Below, piece after piece: positions 30,535 through 39,511 of a stretch of 64,000 nt of DNA. Source of the stretch: Alphaproteobacteria bacterium (lineage in GTDB: Bacteria > Pseudomonadota > Alphaproteobacteria > MPNO01); the NCBI GenBank assembly GCA_965248835.1, contig CBDFLJ010000002.1:864001-928000 (forward strand), written 5' to 3'. Each line of letters opens with the position of its first letter. Positions within the stretch are counted from its first letter, which is position 1. A program made the position numbers and the translations under genes. A model generated the notes under the pieces. It searched no databases, was not told the origin of the DNA, and saw only the letters and a program-made list of their open reading frames with translations.

Positions 30535-31734
30535 CTACTCTGCGGCCGCCGCGGTCGCCGCCTCCAGGCCCCGGTAGTTGTCGTCTACGAAGCTCCGCAG
30601 CCCGGGCATCACCTTGTCCGCGAACAGATCGATGCTCTTGCGCGTCAGATCGGCCGGCAGGGTCGCGAACTGCATCATTGCGACGTAGTTCTGGAAGCCG
30701 GTCAGGTTGTGCGCGCGCCGCAAGTGCTCCAGCACCGTCTGCGGGCTGCCGCAGACGAAGGTGCCGACATCGATGAGCTGCTCGATGCTCGGGCCCGCGC
30801 CGCCGCGGAGCTGGCGCTTGTGCTTCAGGACGCCCTTGAGCGAGGACTTGCTCAGATAGCCGGGCGGGAAGTGCATCTCCATCGGCATGGTCAGGAACTT
30901 GGCGAAGAACGCTTCGATATGGGGGCGCGCCTCCTCGACCGCCTGGTCATCGGTCTCCGCGACATAGGTCGGCGCCGCCCAGCCGATCTGCTGCGAGGCG
31001 GCGTCGTAGCCGTGGATGTCGCGGGCCATTTGCCGGTACAGGTTGAGATAGCGCGCAACCGAGGTCAGCGGGCTGTATGTCTGCAGATACACGTAGCGCC
31101 GGTCGGGATGGGAGGCCCACTGGATGGTCTCCGTCGAGCCCTGCGAAGGGCACCAGATCGGCGGATGCGGCTGCTGATAGGGTCTGGGCCAAAGGTTGAC
31201 GTATTCGAAGTGATAGTGCTTGCCCTCGAAGGCGAAGGGTCCTTCTTCGGTCCAGGCGCGCACGACCAGGTCGTGGGCCTCCTGATGGCGCGACAGCGAC
31301 TGGGTCGGGTTGCCGCCCATCGAATAGTATTCCGCGCCGATGCCTCTCACGAAGCCCGAGATCAAACGCCCCTCGGTGATGCAGTCGATCATCGCGTGCT
31401 CTTCGGCCAAGGTCAGCGGATGCTCGCGCAGGCAGAACGCGTTGCCGAGGATGGCGATCTTCGCCCGGCTGGTGCGCCGCGACAGCGCGCCGGCCATCAC
31501 CACCGGCGAAGGCATCAGACCATAGGCGTTCTGGTGATGCTCGTTGACGCAAACGCCGTCGAACCCGACCGCCTCGGCATATTCGAGCTCGTCCAGGAAC
31601 CGGTTGTAGAGAACGTGGCCCTTCTCCGGGTCGAACAGCGCGTTGGGCAGGACCACCCAGGCCGCCCGGTGCTTGGCGCGCTCGGCGAAGTCAAGCTCGG
31701 CATAGGGCATCAGGTGAAACGAGAAGACCTGCAT
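30535..31734 (-). CDS. Luciferase-like (LLM) flavin-dependent oxidoreductase
   Basis: AE..GFDG...NEHH, AEE.A..D....GRL..G..RG, P.P.Q.PHPPIW. Confidence 0.9.
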   Translation of the reverse strand: MQVFSFHLMPYAELDFAERAKHRAAWVVLPNALFDPEKGHVLYNRFLDELEYAEAVGFDGVCVNEHHQNAYGLMPSPVVMAGALSRRTSRAKIAILGNAFCLREHPLTLAEEHAMIDCITEGRLISGFVRGIGAEYYSMGGNPTQSLSRHQEAHDLVVRAWTEEGPFAFEGKHYHFEYVNLWPRPYQQPHPPIWCPSQGSTETIQWASHPDRRYVYLQTYSPLTSVARYLNLYRQMARDIHGYDAASQQIGWAAPTYVAETDDQAVEEARPHIEAFFAKFLTMPMEMHFPPGYLSKSSLKGVLKHKRQLRGGAGPSIEQLIDVGTFVCGSPQTVLEHLRRAHNLTGFQNYVAMMQFATLPADLTRKSIDLFADKVMPGLRSFVDDNYRGLEAATAAAAE

Positions 31735-31774
31735 GAAGGGGACCTTTCCTGCGCAGATGCGGTGAAATGCGGTC

Positions 31775-32902
31775 TCAGGCGGCGCGCTGCAGCGGCTTGC
31801 GCTGGCCGTTCTGTTCCATCAGCGGCAGGACCTGGTCGATCCATTGCCGCAACTCGGTCTTGTAGTCGACCCAGGACATGAGAACGCCGTCGACGCCGAT
31901 CGCGATAAGCTTGTCGATCTCATCGACGATCTGTTCGGGCGTGCCGACCAGCGGATAGCCGCCGTGGCCGGCAATGAAGTGAAAGCGGAATTCGTCCAGC
32001 TTCTTCATGTCGAAGGTTTCGGCCTGGATCTCGAATATCTTGAGGAGGTTGTTCACGGCCTCGTAGTCGCCCTTCTGGCGGACATAGTAGTCGAGGTAGT
32101 CGCGCGCCTCCTTCTCGGTGTCGCGGCAGACGACATAGACATGGATCCAGCTCTGGATCTCGCGTCCGGCCTCGCGCGCCATGGCTTTGAGCGACTGGAT
32201 CTGTGCCTTGCCACCCTCGATGTCGTGCTCGCTCAGGATGACGAAGTTCATGTCGGCCTGGGTGGCGGCGAACGCCCGACCGGCCGAGGACCCGCCCGCG
32301 TTCATGATCGGCATCACCTTCTGGACCGGCTTGGGCTGGCTCCAGACGTTGCTGGCGGTGAACCAGCGGCCCTTGAAGTCGAACTCCTCCTCCTCGGTCC
32401 AGATCCGCCGGGCGAATTCGAGCCATTCCGTGGCGTATTCGTAGCGCACGTCGTGCTCGCGCCACTCGGCGCCGAACATCTCGAACTCGTTGCGGAACCA
32501 GCCGCAGACGATGTTGAGCGCGAACCGCCCGCCGGAGATGTGATCGATCGTCGCGCACTGCTTGGCCGCGGCGACCGGATGCACCAAAGGCACGTGCGAG
32601 GTCGAGAAGATGCAGCTGTAATCGGTCACTGCGGCGACCGCCGAGGCCCAGGTATAGGTCTCGAAGGTGCGGTTGTTGAAGTTGGTCGGCCCGCCATAGC
32701 CCTTCCAACGGCCGACCGGCAGCAGCACCTCGAGCCCCGCGCGGTCGGCCATCACCGCCACCTCGCGCGTGTCCGGCCAGGTCATCTCCCAACTGTTCTC
32801 GGCCATGGTGATGGTCGAGCCGTGGCTGCAGTTCATCGCGATGATGCCGAGCTTCATCGCGTTGTCGCCGAACAGCGGGTTGGTTGTCTCAGCGCTTGGC
32901 AT
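31775..32902 (-). CDS. LLM flavin monooxygenase (SsuD/SfnG/RutA-like clade)
   Basis: RWKGYGG, AAK..ATIDHISGGRF.LNIV.GW, PKP.Q...P..NAG.S..G..FA, LVGTPEQ. Confidence 0.88.
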   Translation of the reverse strand: MPSAETTNPLFGDNAMKLGIIAMNCSHGSTITMAENSWEMTWPDTREVAVMADRAGLEVLLPVGRWKGYGGPTNFNNRTFETYTWASAVAAVTDYSCIFSTSHVPLVHPVAAAKQCATIDHISGGRFALNIVCGWFRNEFEMFGAEWREHDVRYEYATEWLEFARRIWTEEEEFDFKGRWFTASNVWSQPKPVQKVMPIMNAGGSSAGRAFAATQADMNFVILSEHDIEGGKAQIQSLKAMAREAGREIQSWIHVYVVCRDTEKEARDYLDYYVRQKGDYEAVNNLLKIFEIQAETFDMKKLDEFRFHFIAGHGGYPLVGTPEQIVDEIDKLIAIGVDGVLMSWVDYKTELRQWIDQVLPLMEQNGQRKPLQRAA

Positions 32903-33023
32903 CGGGTGGTCTCCTTCCGCGCCAGTGTGCCGAATTTCCCGTCCCGTTGCCAGGGGCCACGGGGTGCAAAGCCGGCACCGGGCGCCTAAGATCGGGCCGC
33001 GCAACCAACGGGAGGCAGCGCCG

Positions 33024-33599
33024 ATGCAAGTCCGCAAACTGTTCACGGTGGTCGAGGAGACGATGTCGGAGATGGGCCGCGAGGCGAACGAGCCGCTGAA
33101 GAAGGTCGCGGTCGTCGCCGTGGTCAAGAACCCGCTGGCCGGCAGCTCCTATGTCGAGGATCTGTCGGCGCTGACCGAGGCCTCCACCGCGATCGGCCAG
33201 CGGATTTCCGCGATGGCGGTGGCGGCGCTCGCGCCCTTTGCGCCGGACAGCTATGGCAAGGCGGCGCTTATCGGCACCGCCGGCGAGCAGGAGCACGGGG
33301 TGGCCATGCTGACCACCGTCTACGGCAACGCGATGCGCGAGGCGGTCGGCGGCGGGGCGGCCTGGATCTCTTCGTTCACCAAGCGCGCCGCGCCGGGCCA
33401 GGCGATTGACATCCCGCTTGCCCACAAGGACGCGCTCTACGTACGCTCGCACTACGACGGCATGACCATCCTGGTGCCCGACGCGCCCCTCGAGGACGAG
33501 ATCGCGGTGATCTGCTGCATTGCCAACCGCGGCCGGCTCAACCACCGGGTCGGCGGGCTGGCGAAACAGGACATCAAGGGCGAGGACGGACTGGTCTAG
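33024..33599 (+). CDS. 'Amino acid synthesis' family protein (DUF1185-type)
   Basis: AV.KNP.AG, SYGKAA..G..GE.EHG, DIPL.HKDA.YVRSHYD, DAP..DEI. Confidence 0.85.
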   Translation: MQVRKLFTVVEETMSEMGREANEPLKKVAVVAVVKNPLAGSSYVEDLSALTEASTAIGQRISAMAVAALAPFAPDSYGKAALIGTAGEQEHGVAMLTTVYGNAMREAVGGGAAWISSFTKRAAPGQAIDIPLAHKDALYVRSHYDGMTILVPDAPLEDEIAVICCIANRGRLNHRVGGLAKQDIKGEDGLV

Positions 33600-33613
33600 A
33601 AGGGAACGTTATC

Positions 33614-34813
33614 ATGAAGACCGCAATCGTGAACCTGGCGAAGATCGTCACCGGCGACTGGCGCGAGCCGATTGCGCCGGGCGATTCGATCCTGATGGAC
33701 GACGGCCGCATCGTCGAGGTCGGCACCATCGAGGCCGCCAAAATCGAATCCTGCGACGTGGTGCTCGATGCCGGCGGCATGACCGCGATGCCGGGCATGA
33801 TCGACTCCCAGGTCCACAACACCTTCGGCGACTACACCCCGCGCCAGAAGACCGTGGGCTTCCTCGAAAGCTATCTGCACGGCGGTACGACCACCTCGAT
33901 CACCGCCTGCGAGGTCCATGTGCCGGGCCGGCCCTCCGACCCCGAGGGCGTCAAGGCGCTCGCGGTCGCGGCCAAGAAATGCTTCGACAACTACCGACCG
34001 GGCGGCATGCGGGTGCATGCGGGCGCCATCATCCTGGAGCCCGGCCTCGAGGCCGCGGACTTCGAGGAGGTGGCGGAGAAGGGCGTCTGGCTCGCCAAGG
34101 CCGGCTTCGGAAAGTTCCAGTCGCCGTTCGAATACACCCCCCTGGTCCGAATGGCCCAGAACGCCGGCATGATCGTCAACTGCCACACCGGCGGCGCCTC
34201 GATCCCCGATTCATCGGCGATCACCGGCGCCCATTTGATGGACATGCGCCCGGACGTGTCCTTCCACATCAACGGCGGCCCGGTCGCGATGCCGGACGAG
34301 GATTTCGCGCCGATCGTCAACGAGACCGACATCGCGCTCCAGATCTGCCAGGCCGGCAATATCCGCACCGCGCTGCTGTGCCTGAAGCTCGCCGTCGAGG
34401 CCGATCAGTACGACCGCTTTCTGATCGCCACCGACACGCCGACCGGCACCGGCGTGATGCCGCTCGGCATGATCAAGTCGGTGTGCGAGATGTCGTGCCT
34501 GTCCGAGCACCCGGCCGAGATGTTGATCGCGGCGGCCACCGGAAACGTCGCCAAGATCTATCGGCTGGATTGCGGTTTCCTCAAGCCCGGCCACGACGCC
34601 GACGTGCTGGTGCTGGACAACCCGCTCGGCTGCTCCAAGGACGACGCGCTCGGCGCGATCAAGAACGGCGACTTCCCGGCGATCGCCGCCTGCTTCACCG
34701 CCGGCGAGCCGCGCTTCATCGGCCGCAGCCGCAACACCCCGCCGTCCACCCGCAAGGTCGCCATCGCCCAGAACAACCAGCCCAACCTGTTCACCCCGGC
34801 GGCTCATGTGTGA
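33614..34813 (+). CDS. Enamidase-like amidohydrolase with altered metal ligands
   Basis: IVTGD, PG.IDS[Q]VH..GDY.PRQKT..F..S.LHGG, HVPGRP, HTGG.SIP, HINGGP, D.P.GTG..PLG. Confidence 0.85.
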   Translation: MKTAIVNLAKIVTGDWREPIAPGDSILMDDGRIVEVGTIEAAKIESCDVVLDAGGMTAMPGMIDSQVHNTFGDYTPRQKTVGFLESYLHGGTTTSITACEVHVPGRPSDPEGVKALAVAAKKCFDNYRPGGMRVHAGAIILEPGLEAADFEEVAEKGVWLAKAGFGKFQSPFEYTPLVRMAQNAGMIVNCHTGGASIPDSSAITGAHLMDMRPDVSFHINGGPVAMPDEDFAPIVNETDIALQICQAGNIRTALLCLKLAVEADQYDRFLIATDTPTGTGVMPLGMIKSVCEMSCLSEHPAEMLIAAATGNVAKIYRLDCGFLKPGHDADVLVLDNPLGCSKDDALGAIKNGDFPAIAACFTAGEPRFIGRSRNTPPSTRKVAIAQNNQPNLFTPAAHV

Positions 34814-34919
34814 GCGAGGCGGCCTTCAGGATGCCTCCTCCTCACCCGCGCGCCGCGGCGCGCCGCCCGGCCGGGGCAATGACCCGGAAATCGGTGAGTG
34901 CATTTAGGGGCGGTGCCAT

Positions 34920-35786
34920 TTGAACGACACCCTGCGCGGCATCCTCTGGATGGTCGTGGCATCGCTGTTCTATTCGCTGATCTATATCGCGGTGCGCAAG
35001 CTGACGGCGGAGTATGCCGTCTCCCAGGTCGTGCTTTTCCGCTCGCTGCTTGGCGGCGCGATCATGCTCTGCTGGCTGCTGTCGACGGGCCTGCGCGTCC
35101 TGCGGACGCGGCGGATGGGGCTCTACCTGGTCCGGGTTGCGATCGCCTATACCGGCACCGTGGGCTGGATGTACGGCATCGCCTGGATGCCCCTGGCCGA
35201 TGCCAATGCGCTGCTTTTCCTGATGCCGCTGTTCACGGTGGTCTTCGCTTCGCTGCTGTTGCGCGAGCGCGTCGCGCCCGACCATTGGATCGCGACGGTC
35301 GTGGGCTTCCTCGGCGCTCTGATCATCATCCGGCCCGGCATCGTCGATCTCGGTTTGCCGGCGCTTGCGACCATCTGGGCCGCGGCGAGCTTCTCGCTGG
35401 CGCTGGTGATGACCAAGTCGCTCACCCGGACGGAGGCTCCCAACGCGATCGTCTTCTACCTGTACGCCTTGATGATTCCCTTCGCGGCCGGGCCGGCAGC
35501 GCTCAACTGGCAGCCCATAACGACAGCCTCGCTGCCCTGGCTTGCCGCCCTCGGTGCGATGACGGTGGGTGCCCAGCAATGCTCGACCCGGGCGTTCGTC
35601 GCCGCACCGGCCAACGTGGTCGTCCCGATCCACTACCTGCAATTGCCGCTGATCGCTGTGCTGGCCTATTTCGTCTTCGGCCAATCGGTCGACCTCTGGA
35701 CCTGGGTCGGTGCCGCGGTCATCATCGGCTCGACCTATTACGTCACGCGCAGGTCAAGCCGCCGAGGAGACGATGATCGGAATTAG
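34920..35786 (+). CDS. DMT/EamA-family transporter
   Basis: About 10 hydrophobic segments, L.LRERV....W.A..VGF.G.LIIIRPG. Confidence 0.88.
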   Translation: MNDTLRGILWMVVASLFYSLIYIAVRKLTAEYAVSQVVLFRSLLGGAIMLCWLLSTGLRVLRTRRMGLYLVRVAIAYTGTVGWMYGIAWMPLADANALLFLMPLFTVVFASLLLRERVAPDHWIATVVGFLGALIIIRPGIVDLGLPALATIWAAASFSLALVMTKSLTRTEAPNAIVFYLYALMIPFAAGPAALNWQPITTASLPWLAALGAMTVGAQQCSTRAFVAAPANVVVPIHYLQLPLIAVLAYFVFGQSVDLWTWVGAAVIIGSTYYVTRRSSRRGDDDRN

Positions 35787-35864
35787 CCCTGTATTCGGGA
35801 AATCTCGGGTGAAGCCGGAGACGACCACGACGGGCAAGCCAGGCGCGCGGTCGCGGTCGAGAGC

Positions 35865-37487
35865 ATGACAGGGACCGAACATCCCTCGACGGCAGGTGTC
35901 GAACGACTCGATGCGGTCGTCGTCGGCGCGGGGTTCGCCGGGATCTACATGCTGCACCGGCTGCGCGAGACCGGCTTCAACGCGCGGTTGTTCGAGGCCG
36001 CTCCCGGTGTCGGCGGCACCTGGTACTGGAACCGGTACCCGGGCGCCCGCTGCGATATCGAGAGCATGCAATATTCCTTCCAGTTCTCCGAGGCGCTGCA
36101 GCAGGAGTGGGCGTGGACCGAGCGCTACGCCTCGCAGCCGGAGATCCTGTCCTATATCGAACACGTGGTCGAACGGCTCGACCTGGCCCGCGACATCCGT
36201 CTGAACACGCGGGTCGAGGCGGCGTTGTTCGATGAGGCGAGCAACGAGTGGGTCGTCGAGACCGATGCCGGGCCGAGCGTGCGGGCACGCATGTTCATCA
36301 TGGGTGTCGGCTGCCTTTCCGCGGTCAACACGCCGCATTTCGAGGGCTATGACGATTTCGCCGGGCCGATCTACCATCCCGGCCGCTGGCCCAAGGAGGG
36401 CGTCGACTTCAGCGGCATGCACGTGGGCATCGTCGGCACCGGATCGTCGGCGGTGCAATCGATCCCGCTGATCGCCGCCCAGGCCGAGCACCTGACCATC
36501 TTCCAGCGCACCGCGAACTATGTCGTGCCCGCCCAGAACCGGCCCCTGAGCCCGGAAGAGGTCGCTGAAATCAAGGCCGACTACCGCGGCTTCCGCGCGC
36601 GGGCCAAGCAGCGGCCAACCGCGTTCCTGTTCCCCTATCACACCGAGTCCGCGCTCGATACCTCGCCCGAGGACCGGCGTGTGCGCTACGAGGAGCAGTG
36701 GAAGGTCGGCGGCCTGCCGTTCCTGGGCGCCTTCGCCGACCTGTTGACCAGCGAGGATGCCAACAGGACCGTCGTCGCGTTCTGGCGCGGCAAGATTCGC
36801 GAGGTCGTCAAGGACCCCGAGACGGCCGAAACCCTGACGCCGGACGAGGTGTTCGGCTGCAAGCGGCTGTGCGCGGGCACCGACTACTACGAGACCTACA
36901 ACCGGTCGAACGTCACCCTGGTCGACGTGAGCGGATCGGGCGTCGAACGGTTCACGCCGACCGGGCTTCGCGCGGCAGGGCGGGACTATGCGCTCGATGC
37001 GATCATAACCGCCACCGGGTTCGACGCGATGACCGGCGGCGTGACCCGAATCCGGATCACCGGTATCGGCGGCCTTACGATCCAGGAGAAATGGCGCCCC
37101 GGCCCGAGCACCTATCTCGGGATGACGGTCTCCGGCTTCCCCAACATGTTCAACATCGCCGGTCCGGGAAGCCCCTCGGTGCTGGCGACCATGGTCACCG
37201 GGATCGAGCAGCATGCGGATTGGATCGCCGCGTGCATGTCCTGGATGCGCGCGAACGGCAAGACCCGCATCGAAGCCACGCCCGAGGCCGAGGCGGCGTG
37301 GGGCGAGGAGGTCGAGGCGGCGGCGCAGGCCTCGCTGCGCTCGACCTGCGATTCCTGGTATGTCGGCTCGAACATCGCCGGCAAAGCCCGCGTCTTCATG
37401 CCCTATATCGGCGGCTTCCCGAAATACGTCGCGATGTGCGATCGCGTCTCCGCCCGGGGCTACGAAGGGTTCACCTTCCAGGAATAG
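35865..37487 (+). CDS. Baeyer-Villiger monooxygenase (cyclohexanone/steroid type I)
   Basis: GAGFAG, GGTWYWNRYPGARCD, FAGPIYHPGRWP fingerprint, GTGSSA.Q, ATGFDA. Confidence 0.93.
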   Translation: MTGTEHPSTAGVERLDAVVVGAGFAGIYMLHRLRETGFNARLFEAAPGVGGTWYWNRYPGARCDIESMQYSFQFSEALQQEWAWTERYASQPEILSYIEHVVERLDLARDIRLNTRVEAALFDEASNEWVVETDAGPSVRARMFIMGVGCLSAVNTPHFEGYDDFAGPIYHPGRWPKEGVDFSGMHVGIVGTGSSAVQSIPLIAAQAEHLTIFQRTANYVVPAQNRPLSPEEVAEIKADYRGFRARAKQRPTAFLFPYHTESALDTSPEDRRVRYEEQWKVGGLPFLGAFADLLTSEDANRTVVAFWRGKIREVVKDPETAETLTPDEVFGCKRLCAGTDYYETYNRSNVTLVDVSGSGVERFTPTGLRAAGRDYALDAIITATGFDAMTGGVTRIRITGIGGLTIQEKWRPGPSTYLGMTVSGFPNMFNIAGPGSPSVLATMVTGIEQHADWIAACMSWMRANGKTRIEATPEAEAAWGEEVEAAAQASLRSTCDSWYVGSNIAGKARVFMPYIGGFPKYVAMCDRVSARGYEGFTFQE

Positions 37488-37576
37488 CCAAGCGACTCCG
37501 ACGTTGATCGTCCAAGGGTGCACGGCAATAATCGGGCGGTCTCCGCAGATGCAAGGCCCGACATGGGAGTGGCCCG

Positions 37577-38812
37577 ATGAACGAGTTGGTGCGCCGCTGG
37601 GAAGCGCCGCCGGACCTTCCGGCTACCCACTATCTCGATAATCGGATCCATACCGATTGGGAGGTCTTCAGGACCGAACAGCGAAAGCTGTTTGCCGATT
37701 GCTGGAAGTTCATCTGCCTGGACACCGAGCTTCCGGAGCCGGGCGATTATCGGGTCTCCGAGGTCGGCGGATTTCCGATCGTCACCGTTCGATCGACGGC
37801 AGGAGAGCTGCGCTCCTTCTTCAATGTCTGCCCGCACCGCGGCGCTCCCCTGGTTCGCGACGAGAACGGCCGTCTCGGGCGCGGCTTCCAATGCATGTAT
37901 CACCTGTGGACGTTCGATCTCGACGGCCGGTGCACATCGATCTCCCGCGTGGAGGGCTACAAGGCCGCCGGGCTGAACAAGCATAAGGTCGGTCTTCGTC
38001 CGGTACGGACAGCGGTGATCTGCGGCCTCGTGTTCGTCAGCATCAAGGACGATGTCGAGCCGATCGAAGACTTCCTCGGCCCGATGCACGATCATATGAA
38101 AAAGCACCTCGCGGCCGAGGCGCTCGAGGTGTTCCACTATCACCGGGCCGAAGTGCGCACCAACTGGAAGCTCTGGGTCGACAACAACTCGGAGATCTAC
38201 CACGACCTCATGCACGTGCTTAACCGCAAGACCGGTGTCGCCCATCCCGAGTACCACGAGCGCCGCTGGCGGCTTTATCCGAACGCCCACCACGTGATTC
38301 TCGAAGGTGCGATGAACTACCAGAGTGCCGGGCTGGACGGCAGAGCCAGCAACACCATTCCCGGAATCAGCCCGGACGGCATGATGATCATGGAGGTTTT
38401 TCCCGACGTGATGATCAACATTCGCGCGACCGCGATCCGCATCGATTCGATCACACCCATGGAACCGGGCCTCTCGCTGGTGGAATACCGGGGCGTCGGG
38501 CTCAAGAGCGACTCCGAGGATGTCCGCGAGATGCGCATCCGGCACCACAACCAGATCTGGGGGCCGGCCGGGCGCAACCTCCCCGAAGACATCGCCTGCG
38601 TCGAGGCGCAGTGGCGCAACATGTCGGTCGGCGCCTCGCGCTACAGCATCTTTGCACGCGAAGAGGACCTGCGGCCGCACGACGACTCCAACCTCCGCGC
38701 CTATTACCGGGAATGGGGTCGGCGCGTCGGCTACTGGCCGCACGACATCGACGCCCCGAGACCGGCCGAGCCGGTGAGCTTTGCACCGACCGGGCATGCG
38801 TTGTCGTCGTGA
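37577..38812 (+). CDS. Rieske oxygenase alpha subunit, methanesulfonate monooxygenase MsmA-like
   Basis: P.THY, CPH-x18-CMYH, KLW.DNNSEIYHDLMH, RG.GLKSD...R..RI.HHN.IWGP.GRNL.ED, HD...R.YY.EW. Confidence 0.8.
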   Translation: MNELVRRWEAPPDLPATHYLDNRIHTDWEVFRTEQRKLFADCWKFICLDTELPEPGDYRVSEVGGFPIVTVRSTAGELRSFFNVCPHRGAPLVRDENGRLGRGFQCMYHLWTFDLDGRCTSISRVEGYKAAGLNKHKVGLRPVRTAVICGLVFVSIKDDVEPIEDFLGPMHDHMKKHLAAEALEVFHYHRAEVRTNWKLWVDNNSEIYHDLMHVLNRKTGVAHPEYHERRWRLYPNAHHVILEGAMNYQSAGLDGRASNTIPGISPDGMMIMEVFPDVMINIRATAIRIDSITPMEPGLSLVEYRGVGLKSDSEDVREMRIRHHNQIWGPAGRNLPEDIACVEAQWRNMSVGASRYSIFAREEDLRPHDDSNLRAYYREWGRRVGYWPHDIDAPRPAEPVSFAPTGHALSS

Positions 38813-39282
38813 TCCACCGGCTTGAAATGCTCGAACAGCGCGAGCACATCCGCTCGCGGGTCGGCCTCAGCGTGCGGCTGCTGGACGCGTGCGCGTTCGA
38901 CGAGTTCGTTGCGCTGTTCGCTGAAGAGGCCGAATACGCGATCGAGGTCGCGACTCCGGAGATCAGACGCCAGTCCACCTGGCTTCGGGCGGACCGGGCG
39001 GAGCTTTCGAGACTCTTGTCCGAATCCTCCCAGCACATTCACGATCTTGCCTCGCGCTTTCATTTCGTGAACGTGGAGGAGATCGACATCGATCGCCAGG
39101 CGGCGTCGAGCCGTTCGCGCTTTATCGTCGTGCGCACCGATCTCCGCGGCCGCTCCGGCGTATACGCGATTGGCACTTACGAGGATGAATGGGTGTCGCG
39201 CGGGCAAGCGTGGATGATCGCCAAGCGCACGGTGAAGCTGCAGACCCGCATGATGGAGGCGCCAACACCCATGCCTCTGTGA
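38809..39282 (+). CDS. Ring-hydroxylating oxygenase beta subunit, MsmB-like
   Basis: LLD...FDEF..LF, Y.I...PEIRR..W, G.Y.D, R.V.L.TR; coupled to the alpha gene. Confidence 0.78.
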   Translation: MIHRLEMLEQREHIRSRVGLSVRLLDACAFDEFVALFAEEAEYAIEVATPEIRRQSTWLRADRAELSRLLSESSQHIHDLASRFHFVNVEEIDIDRQAASSRSRFIVVRTDLRGRSGVYAIGTYEDEWVSRGQAWMIAKRTVKLQTRMMEAPTPMPL

Positions 39283-39511
39283 AAAGACCCGACGCGGCTT
39301 CGTGCGAGACCGGGTAAGACGACGCGTCGGCCAACCCGGCCAGGCCGCGCAAACGTTCCCCCTGACGGCCCGGGACGGTGCCAAGGGTTCACGCTGGTCT
39401 TCGCCCGCCGGGACCATGTTCCGTCACGATGCGGACGGGTCTGGGCTGGCGGGGCGCCAGGCTGTATTCTGCGCGGCGGCACGGGCCGGCACCGGCCGGC
39501 AAGGAGGGACG

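Noticed and set aside
37577-38812. Bona fide msmA implying methanesulfonate methylotrophy
   Set aside because: The Rieske spacer is short and there is no msmC/D or C1 gene, so it was called MsmA-like only.
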